Below are positions 55,415 to 64,000 of a DNA stretch of 64,000 nucleotides, piece after piece. Within the stretch, counting starts at the first letter, position 1; each line of letters begins with the position of its first letter. This stretch comes from an uncultured candidate division Zixibacteria bacterium (GTDB lineage: Bacteria > Zixibacteria > MSB-5A5 > RBG-16-43-9): assembly GCA_963713865.1 (NCBI GenBank), contig OY970208.1, positions 736,001 to 800,000 of the forward strand, read 5' to 3'. The notes under the pieces were generated by a model, which was given only the letters and a program-made list of their open reading frames with translations, was not told where the DNA came from and did no database searches. The translations under genes and the position numbers were made by a program.

Positions 55415-55486
55415 CTGTAACGATAAAGCTCACTTGCCGCTATGGAGCGTAGCGGAATTGCCGTCCGGTGTAGCGCCTTGTTAGAT
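55415..55486 (-). mobile_element. attC site closing the restriction-modification cassette
   Basis: Minus strand ATCTAACAAGGCGCTACACCGGACGGCAATTCCGCTACGCTCCATAGCGGCAAGTGAGCTTTATCGTTACAG. Confidence 0.85.
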
Positions 55487-55510
55487 TGAGATCTTAAATT
55501 TATACCAACT

Positions 55511-56617
55511 TTACTTAACTACAAATATTACGTCGGTCAAAGCAGTAAATGTCTGTGGCTTGTTTTTGTACTTAAAAACAATTTTTAAGTCGGAAATCTT
55601 TTTCTTGGCAAAGTTATCTAAGTAATCTTTGATGACCGGTTTTAGCAACTCCATATTTCGCTTCAACTTCCATGAACCGGTGAAGTCTTCAGTGTCAACG
55701 AGCACCAGAAAGAGCCTGTTTTCAGATCCGAAGCGCGGTTCACTCTGATTTTCATATAGCCATTTTGCGAGTATGTGGGGATTTTGTTGGGCTTGCTTTA
55801 GAATTTGCACCTTTTCATTCTTGAGTGTTTCAATCACATTCTTGCATTCCTTAGTACCCTTGTCTTTCATTTTTTCAATAATTTCATAATAGATGTCCGT
55901 TTGTTTAGCTTTTTTGTCAAAGTCAATTTCTAATTTTCTTGCCTTTGCCTTTAAATAGGTAATCTCAACTGGGAATCCAAACTTTTCTCTCTTTTTCTTG
56001 ATATATTCTGCTGGTAGGTATGTCACCTTCAAATCTATTGGGACATTACCAATAAAGAAATCAACATGCTTTATTTGGCCCACTGCAGGTAACACAGCTT
56101 TATGGGATTTGAATATATGTTCAATGAGAATACTTGACCAGTGATTGTACCAGCTGTTAAGTACATACCCCTGCACTGCTGTGCTTATTTCAGTATCAAA
56201 CTTTGATACGAGAGTATCATAAGACTGGATAACCTTAACATATCGGCTTACAAGATATTTGTCGAGAGAATTCTGATAATCACCACCCCAATCAAACGTC
56301 TTCAGTTTATAAAGTTCAGATACAAGTTTCTTCGTGTCCAACGCAGCCAAAAGGCTTTTATTCTTCTTTTTGAAGTATTTATCCAGGATGCTATGAGATT
56401 GCATGGGATACATCGAGAGATAATTATAGAGCTCAAGGAATTGCTTACTTAGTGAAGTTTCCTTAAGTCCTATTTTGTTCTCGGACACAAACTCGGAGAT
56501 TATTTTTTTTCGCACAATCGATTTTACTTTTAGCCAAAGAAGACCTTTTGTGTCTGAACTGAATTCTTCCAGTTTTTCACTTTCATGCAATTTCTTCCAG
56601 TAATTGAAGGATTTCAT
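55511..56617 (-). CDS. Putative PD-(D/E)xK restriction endonuclease
   Basis: E..VDFF..IDLKVT nuclease-like motif; starts 11 bp after a DNA methyltransferase in the same cassette. Confidence 0.65.
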   Translation of the reverse strand: MKSFNYWKKLHESEKLEEFSSDTKGLLWLKVKSIVRKKIISEFVSENKIGLKETSLSKQFLELYNYLSMYPMQSHSILDKYFKKKNKSLLAALDTKKLVSELYKLKTFDWGGDYQNSLDKYLVSRYVKVIQSYDTLVSKFDTEISTAVQGYVLNSWYNHWSSILIEHIFKSHKAVLPAVGQIKHVDFFIGNVPIDLKVTYLPAEYIKKKREKFGFPVEITYLKAKARKLEIDFDKKAKQTDIYYEIIEKMKDKGTKECKNVIETLKNEKVQILKQAQQNPHILAKWLYENQSEPRFGSENRLFLVLVDTEDFTGSWKLKRNMELLKPVIKDYLDNFAKKKISDLKIVFKYKNKPQTFTALTDVIFVVK

Positions 56618-56628
56618 TTTTTATACTC

Positions 56629-58140
56629 TTATTCCTTTTCCGGGAAACGAGATGACCACCCTGGGATGTTAAAAAAGGCTTTTGATAATCGATATTCACC
56701 ATTGTCTTGACGCTTCTGATATAAGATCACAAAGTCGTTTTTCATGGCACCTTTGCGATTATCTTGCACAACAGATGTGGCCGAGTAAGCCATAGGGAAA
56801 CAACCGACAAACTTGAGGGAATCGGATGTCTTTTCAATGCGTTTTAGATACTGCCAGCTTTCTTCGTCTCGCGCATTAAAATACAGAGCTATGTAACCAT
56901 TTTTCTTGAGGACTCGAGATGCTTCTGTAAAAAACTCTGTCATCTCTGCATTGTAGACACTTTTTGATTTTTGACGTTCCTTTGCATTGGATACGACAAT
57001 TTCCCTATCGAAATCGACCTTATAGCCCAACAAGGAATTCCACAATTCACTTAACTCAAGATACGGGACGCGGTCACTATGAGGGGGATCTGTACAAACG
57101 AACGAGACGCTTTCTGTTGGTATCTTCATAAGCGTTAACCTACAATCCGCATTCATAAGCCATGCGTCAAATGCAGAGGAACCAATAGATGAAGGTTCAT
57201 TCGAGATGGCGTAGATGGACTGTATCTGTTGTGGAAGAGTCTTTAGCAGTTTATTCGCCCGATTTTTGAAGCAATTCCATACATTGATTTCAAAATGCGT
57301 ATTGGGTAGCCAGAAACCAATAACCCAGCTACCAACCTCTATTTTGTTCCCATTCCCGTTTCTCTTGCCATTACTTCGGTTTTTGATGGCAAATACCATG
57401 TTTGACATTTGACCGACCGAAGATGTCAGAGTAAGAAGAAGTGCTCGTTTCAGGTGTAATGGATATTTGGAGATGGTTTCAATTAGCAAGTCAATATTAC
57501 GCATTGCTCTACCAGTGAATATATCACTGACTGACATTGACGGTTTAACATTTATGCGAGAATTCGTGAAGAAACTGAGATCCCTGAAATGTTTCGGCCT
57601 ATAATCTTGGTACGCCGAGAAAGAACTCAAGTCATTCGGAGAAGGCTCAATCTCAATCCGATTTCTACCGGTTTCTGGCTTAATCCATATTGAGACGATT
57701 TTGTCCTTTTCCCAGAGGTAATGGGATGCAATACGGTTATCAGAGGTTTTGTACGTACTATTGATTTTCTCGGCTACACTTTGTTCAATTTCAATCAATG
57801 CCTGATAATACTCTTGATCAGATGGAAGATTAAGCAAGAAAAATGTGTGCTCAATAGAGAAAGGATTGATATCAATGCCGATGAACCGCCTATTTCTTTC
57901 TAAACACTCTCGAGCAATTAATCCTGATCCAAGAAACGGATCCATCACGATATCGCTCTTGCTGGTGCAATTCTCAACAAGGTAAGACAGGCTTTCAGTG
58001 GGTTTCTTCCCCCAGTATTTATGAAAACCTGATAAACCAGTATAGGTTTCAGGGTTCACAAAATCTGCAACACTGGTTGGCGTTGTTGGTGTTGGAAAAA
58101 GGTTCATTTGTATTGTTTCTGATGGTTTGGTAAATGTCAT
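56629..58140 (-). CDS. N6/N4 DNA methyltransferase
   Basis: KYWGKKP, DPFLGSG (motif I), GIDINP, TDPPH (motif IV variant). Confidence 0.85.
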   Translation of the reverse strand: MTFTKPSETIQMNLFPTPTTPTSVADFVNPETYTGLSGFHKYWGKKPTESLSYLVENCTSKSDIVMDPFLGSGLIARECLERNRRFIGIDINPFSIEHTFFLLNLPSDQEYYQALIEIEQSVAEKINSTYKTSDNRIASHYLWEKDKIVSIWIKPETGRNRIEIEPSPNDLSSFSAYQDYRPKHFRDLSFFTNSRINVKPSMSVSDIFTGRAMRNIDLLIETISKYPLHLKRALLLTLTSSVGQMSNMVFAIKNRSNGKRNGNGNKIEVGSWVIGFWLPNTHFEINVWNCFKNRANKLLKTLPQQIQSIYAISNEPSSIGSSAFDAWLMNADCRLTLMKIPTESVSFVCTDPPHSDRVPYLELSELWNSLLGYKVDFDREIVVSNAKERQKSKSVYNAEMTEFFTEASRVLKKNGYIALYFNARDEESWQYLKRIEKTSDSLKFVGCFPMAYSATSVVQDNRKGAMKNDFVILYQKRQDNGEYRLSKAFFNIPGWSSRFPEKE

Positions 58141-58179
58141 TGATGTTTCCTATTCATTTTTCCTGCCGTCTCTAATGTA

Positions 58180-58338
58180 ATCTAACGGATGGCAACTAAG
58201 CTGAGGCAACGATACCTTAAAATGTAACGTTGCATAAATCGACTTCCATGTTGATTACTTTCCAATTTCACAACACCTCTACACACCATGCACAAATACA
58301 CCTACGCTCATTCCGTCAGCTTGAGTTTCTGGTTAGGC
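58180..58338 (-). mobile_element. Long attC site between cassettes 1 and 2 of integron unit 3
   Basis: Minus strand GCCTAAC-CAGAAACTCAAGCTGA ... TCAGCTTAGTTGCCATCC-GTTAGAT; outer arms pair, centre does not obviously pair. Confidence 0.7.
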
Positions 58339-58348
58339 GGCGAATTGA

Positions 58349-59167
58349 TTATGTTGTTAATCCTGCACATTTGAGATAACTTCGGAAGAGAGATTCGTCA
58401 AATCCGCTATAACCATTTGATGATTTTTCTTCAAGTGCGGTAAGTGTTTCTCGCAATTGATCACAGGATAATTTCGAAAGAAAAACCTTCCGTACAGTTG
58501 CCTCGGTCTTCGAAGAGGGAACGATAACTCCAAGCCACGGCTTTGCATCAAAGCGTGCAATTACACATAAAAGATCAGACCATCCGTTGAACCAGCATTT
58601 ATCTCCATCAGGACCAACTGAATAACCACCCAAGAACGACCCGAAAAATGCGGGTGCCCAATAAGAATCATACTTGGCGACACAGTTCTCTATTGTTGCG
58701 CGAATCAGATGCACCGTATCTTGTACATCACTTAAAGCAATTTGCTCATAACTATGCTCGACGCGGTTCCGACGATCTACAGCACGACCCAAAGCCTGAG
58801 CGGCTAAATCGTCGAAGATGCCGCGGCTCACCAATAATTTTGCTTTACCGTCTGCATCATGCGGTATGTCAGAACAAAAAATGAATCCATCGCGAAGTAG
58901 ATATTGATCGGCTAGGCAAGACAAACTGCGACGCGCGTTCATTAAAGCACTTACAGAAAAACGACATTTTTGATCGTTGACTAAAGTAGCAGAAGTAGCT
59001 TCGATGTCTTGAATTGCCCATTTTAGAAATGTTTCGTATCCGAGACCTAATTGTGTAATGCGAATAACAGTCTTCGGACGTAACTTCGGGATAGTTTGGA
59101 TTGCTGACGCAAGGTCTTTAGGATCCATACTTTCGATTTTACATACTGGTGTAAGTATTGTCTCCAT
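58349..59167 (-). CDS. Hypothetical cassette protein with HEPN-like RxxxxH motif
   Basis: RRNRVEH within a helical N-terminal half; first cassette after the attI-like site. Confidence 0.55.
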   Translation of the reverse strand: METILTPVCKIESMDPKDLASAIQTIPKLRPKTVIRITQLGLGYETFLKWAIQDIEATSATLVNDQKCRFSVSALMNARRSLSCLADQYLLRDGFIFCSDIPHDADGKAKLLVSRGIFDDLAAQALGRAVDRRNRVEHSYEQIALSDVQDTVHLIRATIENCVAKYDSYWAPAFFGSFLGGYSVGPDGDKCWFNGWSDLLCVIARFDAKPWLGVIVPSSKTEATVRKVFLSKLSCDQLRETLTALEEKSSNGYSGFDESLFRSYLKCAGLTT

Positions 59168-59181
59168 GTTCTTTTATCGCC

Positions 59182-59368
59182 GCCTAACAGTGATTATGCA
59201 GTCTGTATAAATCAACAAAGACGGACTGCTCGTTTCTGTATAATACATCGGTTAAAAACAAAGCCAAGTGTTTTAACTTGTCCACAGGATCCAAATTCGG
59301 ACCTAATATTAGTGTCTTGCATGATTCACTTGCTTTATTACTCTCCGGCTTATACAGCCCGTATAAAC
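59182..59368 (-). mobile_element. attI-containing leader, integron unit 3
   Basis: Directly follows the intI stop; ends TGCATAAT-CACT-GTTAGGC; homologous to 31660-31884. Confidence 0.75.
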
Positions 59369-59372
59369 AGGT

Positions 59373-59607
59373 TCAGAGCCTATCAAAGAGACTCTTCACG
59401 CCATGTCCTCCTTTGTTAAGAACATGGGTATAGATCATCGTCTGAAGCGAATAAATCGTTTAATCCACAGGCAATAAGTCTGCTCGGTTCCCCCGCCGCC
59501 GGGCGGCTGTAATGGCGGGAACGTAGCACCTGCCGCAGCTGATCCATCAATTTTGGCGGCTGTAGGGCACTTAGTATAGCAACTCTCACTTGATCGTTGG
59601 TGCTCAT
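59373..59607 (-). pseudogene. intI: Integron integrase with large internal deletion
   Basis: PKLMDQLRQVLRSRHYSR / TEQTYCLWIKRFIRF (N-terminus) joined out of frame to [22 protein letters not shown] (C-terminus). Confidence 0.85.
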
Positions 59608-59742
59608 TGTGTATTTCCGAGACATGTCTTTTTTCTCGCTCCCCTCCATATCGCACGCATCCTTTACTCCCCAACCCGAGATACCCCAGCATATATTGCT
59701 TGCCACCGATTTCTGGGGGAACCCAGTATATTTATTTAAGGC

Positions 59743-59770
59743 ATTATAATTATTTATTCAACCTTGTCAA
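59743..59770 (-). promoter_or_regulatory. Consensus sigma-70 promoter of integron unit 3
   Basis: Minus strand TTGACA-16 bp-TATAAT. Confidence 0.75.
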
Positions 59771-60153
59771 GCATTTTTCTTGGGAATATCCCTGATGAGA
59801 TTTGAAATCAAGCCTACAAAAACCCACATCCTTTGAGCATCACTTTGACTGTATCTAAACATCCTTCATGTGTCTGTCGGGTCCCCCGACCCGAAAGCTA
59901 TTATTATTTCCCGCCAGGTCACAGGGGATACATCTGCACTCATACGAGCCTGGCGGTCACGGAGAATTTTTGGGATTGCTTCGTCGTCCCCGCAGGGGAC
60001 TCCTCGCAATGACATTTTTTATACTCTCTATCAAGGGGGACATAAAAACACCCTCTTGGCAAGTGGGGATAAAGGGGGGTTAGAAAACAGAACTTGTGCC
60101 AAAACAGTTAGCAAACAACTTTCAACCAAACGCCGTTTATAGTAGAGAAATGA

Positions 60154-61266
60154 TTGAAAAATTCGATTTTTAAAAACTGTAGTGAAATGATGGGGAAAAA
60201 AATAAAAATCCTAAAGTTTTGTTTATTTTTGCTGGTATTCACATACCTGTTAATTTGCGCTTGCAAAAGCGGAAAGGGTTCTCCTTCCCGGCGCGAATCC
60301 GGTAGATCAGAAGCAAGGGTGCCTGTAGATGCAATGGTGGTCCAGCCGCAGCTTCTCGACAACCGGATATTTACCACCGGAACTCTCCTGGCTAACGAGG
60401 AGGTTCAACTGCAGCCCGAGATCGCCGGAAGAGTTACTGACGTTCTCTTCACCGAAGGAGGCAGGGTAAAAAAGGGACAGGTGCTCATAAAGCTCAATGA
60501 CCTCGATCTCAAAGCCCAGCTTAAGGGGAAGGAGATCGAAGAAAAGCAAGCCTCCGATTTGGAAGCCCGCGAGCGCCAGCTTTTCGAGATCAAGGGAATA
60601 AGCCAGGAGGAATACGACAGGGTTACCAACGCCCTCAATATGATCAAAGCCCAGAAGGAAGTCATCCAGGCTCAGGTAGCCGAAATGGAGATAGTTGCGC
60701 CTTTTGACGGGATAATCGGGCTGAGATATGTCAGCCAGGGAAGTTACGTTTCCACGGATATGGTGGTGGCGACCATGCAGGACATTGACCCTATAAAAGT
60801 CGAATTTTCCGTGCCGGAAAAATACGTAAAGCAGATAAAAAAAGGAACCGGAATCACGGTTCTGATGGGCGATTCCGGAAAAGAATATAAGGGTTTGGTC
60901 TACGCGGTGGAATCAAAAATAGACTTAGCCACCCGAACCATCAAAGCGCGGGCTAAAATCCCCAATCCCAAAGGGGATCTGATTCCCGGCTCTTTTGTTA
61001 AGGTCGATATTACGCTCGAACAGTTTCCCGATGCCATAGTGATTCCTTCGGAATCGGTCATCCCGGAGATGAATGGAGAAAAGGTCTTTATCTGCGTCAA
61101 CGGAAAGGTCCGCTCGGTCCCGGTCAAAACCGGCATCCGGACCGAAACCAGCATCCAGATAGTCGAAGGATTAAATCCGCAGGATACTCTTATTCTCACC
61201 GGCTTGCTTCAGCTGTCCGACGGCAAAGCGGTTGAGATAAGAGACCTCCAAAACACTCAAAAGTAG
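60154..61266 (+). CDS. RND efflux membrane fusion (periplasmic adaptor) subunit
   Basis: GTLLANEEV, G.VKKGQVL, IVAPFDGIIG, V.FSVPE, LIPGSFV; start uncertain. Confidence 0.92.
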   Translation: MKNSIFKNCSEMMGKKIKILKFCLFLLVFTYLLICACKSGKGSPSRRESGRSEARVPVDAMVVQPQLLDNRIFTTGTLLANEEVQLQPEIAGRVTDVLFTEGGRVKKGQVLIKLNDLDLKAQLKGKEIEEKQASDLEARERQLFEIKGISQEEYDRVTNALNMIKAQKEVIQAQVAEMEIVAPFDGIIGLRYVSQGSYVSTDMVVATMQDIDPIKVEFSVPEKYVKQIKKGTGITVLMGDSGKEYKGLVYAVESKIDLATRTIKARAKIPNPKGDLIPGSFVKVDITLEQFPDAIVIPSESVIPEMNGEKVFICVNGKVRSVPVKTGIRTETSIQIVEGLNPQDTLILTGLLQLSDGKAVEIRDLQNTQK

Positions 61267-61272
61267 CCCTCC

Positions 61273-64000
61273 ATGAACCTGCCGTCTATATGCATTAATC
61301 GCCCCGTTCTTTCCATAGTATTGTCTCTCTTGATAGTCCTGTTTGGGGTAATCGGTTACACTTATCTGGGAGTGCGCGAGTATCCCAATGTCGACCCTCC
61401 GGTCGTTACGGTAAGCACCAGTTATACTGGCGCTAACGCTGACGTGATCGAGTCGCAGGTTACTGAGCCGCTGGAGGAGTCGATCAACGGCATTGCGGGC
61501 ATTCGCTCGCTCACCTCCTCGAGCAGCGACGGCAGAAGCAGGATCACGGTCGAATTCGAGTTGGGCATCGATATGGAGGCGGCGGCCAACGACGTACGAG
61601 ATAAGGTCTCCAGAGCCATACACGATCTTCCGCCGGACATCGATCCTCCCACTGTATCCAAAGCGGATGCGGATGCCAGCCCGATCGTCTCGATTACCGT
61701 CCAGAGCGACAAGCGCAGCCTTCTGGAGCTATCGGCTCTGGCTAACGACTTATTCAAGGAGCGCCTGCAGACCATACCCGGGGTCAGCGAGGTCGGCATC
61801 TGGGGCGAAAAAAGATACGCCATCAAACTGCTCATTGACCCGGCACGCCTGGCTTCACAGGGTTTGACACCTTTGGACGTAAAGAATGCCCTGGACCGTG
61901 AAAATGTCGAACTGCCTTCCGGTCGCATCGAAGGGTATAACACGGAGCTGCCCATCCGGACTTTCGGCCGGCTGTCCACACCGGAAGAATTCAACCAGCT
62001 CATAATCAAGGAGGCAAACGGGTCGGTGGTCAGGCTTAGAGACGTGGGCAGAGCCGTTCTGACCGCGGAAAATGAGCGCTCCATCATGCTCGGCAACGGC
62101 AGTATTCCAATGGTAGCAGTTGTCCTGGTTCCCCAGTCCGGATCAAACCAGATTGCCATTGCCAACGCGTTCTACAGCCGTTTGGAGCAGATAAAAAAAG
62201 ACCTGCCGGAAGATATCAAAGTCACCATCGCCATGGACAGCACGAGAAACATCCGCAAAGCGATTAGCGAGGTTATCGAAACCCTCCTGATCGCATTCAT
62301 TCTGGTATTGCTGGTGATTTTCATTTTCCTGCGCCACTGGCGGACAACCATCATCCCCATGCTGGCCATTCCCATTTCGCTCATCGGTGCCTTCTTTATC
62401 ATGTACATTGCCGGCTTCTCCATCAACATCCTCACCTTGCTTGCCATCGTGCTGTCTACCGGTATCGTGGTGGACGATGCCATCGTGGTGCTGGAAAACA
62501 TCTACAAGAGAATCGAGAAGGGCATGAATCCGCTTGAAGCCGGGTTCCAGGGGTCGAAGGAGATTTACTTTGCGATCATCTCCACCACCATTACGCTGGC
62601 TTCCGTGTTCCTTCCCATCATGTTCCTGCAGGGTCTTACCGGACGCTTGTTCAGGGAATTCGGGGTGGTCGTGGCCGGTGCGGTCTTGATTTCCGCATTC
62701 GTGTCCCTTACCCTGACTCCGATGATGAGCGCCCGGATCCTGCATAAAACCAAACATGAGAACAAACTGTTTAAACTAAGCGAGAAATGGTTCAATCGGC
62801 TGATCTCGGGTTATCACCAAACGCTGCGCCGGTTCATCTCCAGGAGATGGTTAGCACTGGTGATAATGGCGGCTTCGGTGGCGATCATTTTTGGACTGGG
62901 ATCACTGCTCCGCTCGGAGCTGGCTCCCATGGAAGACAAGAGCCGCTTGATGGTCAGTTCCACTGCCCCGGAGGGAACGTCGTATGAGGCGATGTACGAC
63001 TATATGGGAAAGATCATGGCTATTGTCGATACGCTGCCGGAGAAGGACGTGATTATTTCGGTAACCGGCGGCGGAATGGGTGGAGGTTCGAACAGCGGTT
63101 TTGTCATGGTCGGTCTGGTGTCCCCAGATGCCCGAAAGCGGAGCCAGCAGGAGATTGCCGATGCGCTTACCCGGGAACTCAAGAACTATACCTTTGCCAG
63201 AACTTACGTGACCCAGGAACAGACTATCGGAGGTGGTCGGGGTAGAGGACTGCCGGTACAGTATGTCATCCAGTCACCGACGTTAGAAAAGTTAAAAGAG
63301 GTGCTGCCGCGCTTTATGGATAAGGTTCAGAACGATCCGGTGTTTCAGGTCGCGGATCTGGATCTGAAATTCAACAAGCCGGAATTAACCGTCGAAATTG
63401 ACCGGGAACGGGCCCGGGCACTGGGCGTTACGGTCAGGGATATTGCCCAGACCCTACAGCTTTATTTCAGCGGACAACAATACGGGAACTTCGTTATGAA
63501 TGGCAAACAGTATTACGTGATTGCGCAAGCGGACCGGGCGGATCGCGATGAGCCGCTGGATTTAAACTCCCTCTATGTCCGGAATAGCCGCGGAGAACTG
63601 GTCCAGCTCGACAACATAGTGAAGCTGTCCTACCGGAGCAACCCGCCGCAGCTCTATCATTTCAACCGCTACGTGGCCGCAACGGTTTTAGCGTCTACGG
63701 CCAAGGGATACACTCTGGGTGACGGGATCAAAGAGATGGACAAAATCGCCTCCAGCACGCTTGATGAGTCGTTTTCCACCAGCCTAGCCGGCACGGCCAA
63801 AGAATACGTGGAAAGCTCGAACACTCTGGTTTTCGCATTTTTGCTGGCATTGATTTTAGTATATCTTATCCTGTCAGCGCAATTCGAGAGTTTTCGTGAC
63901 CCGCTGATCATCATGTTCACCGTGCCGCTGGCCCTGGCCGGGGCAATTCTGTCGCTCTGGCTGTTCGGCCAGACACTAAACATCTTCAGCCAGATAGGAA
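61273..64000 (+). CDS. RND efflux permease, AcrB/MdtC family (runs off the window end; absent from the ORF track)
   Basis: MNLPSICINRPV..LGVREYPNVDPPVV.., GIVVDDAIVVLENI, YLILSAQFESFRDP. Confidence 0.93.
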   Translation, partial: MNLPSICINRPVLSIVLSLLIVLFGVIGYTYLGVREYPNVDPPVVTVSTSYTGANADVIESQVTEPLEESINGIAGIRSLTSSSSDGRSRITVEFELGIDMEAAANDVRDKVSRAIHDLPPDIDPPTVSKADADASPIVSITVQSDKRSLLELSALANDLFKERLQTIPGVSEVGIWGEKRYAIKLLIDPARLASQGLTPLDVKNALDRENVELPSGRIEGYNTELPIRTFGRLSTPEEFNQLIIKEANGSVVRLRDVGRAVLTAENERSIMLGNGSIPMVAVVLVPQSGSNQIAIANAFYSRLEQIKKDLPEDIKVTIAMDSTRNIRKAISEVIETLLIAFILVLLVIFIFLRHWRTTIIPMLAIPISLIGAFFIMYIAGFSINILTLLAIVLSTGIVVDDAIVVLENIYKRIEKGMNPLEAGFQGSKEIYFAIISTTITLASVFLPIMFLQGLTGRLFREFGVVVAGAVLISAFVSLTLTPMMSARILHKTKHENKLFKLSEKWFNRLISGYHQTLRRFISRRWLALVIMAASVAIIFGLGSLLRSELAPMEDKSRLMVSSTAPEGTSYEAMYDYMGKIMAIVDTLPEKDVIISVTGGGMGGGSNSGFVMVGLVSPDARKRSQQEIADALTRELKNYTFARTYVTQEQTIGGGRGRGLPVQYVIQSPTLEKLKEVLPRFMDKVQNDPVFQVADLDLKFNKPELTVEIDRERARALGVTVRDIAQTLQLYFSGQQYGNFVMNGKQYYVIAQADRADRDEPLDLNSLYVRNSRGELVQLDNIVKLSYRSNPPQLYHFNRYVAATVLASTAKGYTLGDGIKEMDKIASSTLDESFSTSLAGTAKEYVESSNTLVFAFLLALILVYLILSAQFESFRDPLIIMFTVPLALAGAILSLWLFGQTLNIFSQIG

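Noticed and set aside
61171-63983. Several minus-strand and alternative-frame ORFs in the track
   Set aside because: They are shadows of the RND permease frame that starts at 61273 and runs off the window.

Overview
64-kb AT-rich bacterial chromosomal segment. The many secreted proteins ending in '[16 protein letters not shown]' dockerin-like tails suggest Candidatus Zixibacteria or a related FCB-type lineage (inference only). Ordinary content: dcyD-like, ruvX, mltG, DUF763, a Co/Ni ECF transporter, an arsenic/thiol-redox operon, an acyl-CoA ligase, an M16 peptidase pair, perR-katA-msrAB, pruA, NfeD/SPFH, mtgA, a tmRNA and the start of an RND efflux operon. Unusual content: (1) three exported-protein genes that the ORF track splits but which read through a single in-frame TGA beside Cys (two tandem DUF1573-like paralogs with U-G-C-T and a shared downstream hairpin, and a propeller-rhodanese-dockerin protein with C-P-G-G-U), i.e. 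candidate selenoproteins; (2) three dispersed, integrase-dead integron units whose attI-like site lies downstream of and co-directional with intI, two sharing a homologous promoter/attI leader, one carrying an apparently intact HEPN-like cassette and a restriction-modification cassette; (3) FG-GAP beta-propeller genes built from near-identical 147-bp repeats with hypervariable, mostly NNT, loop codons; (4) a cohesin/dockerin set of secreted proteins; (5) abundant GTAG-type REP-like palindromes. All calls were made by eye, with no database searches.
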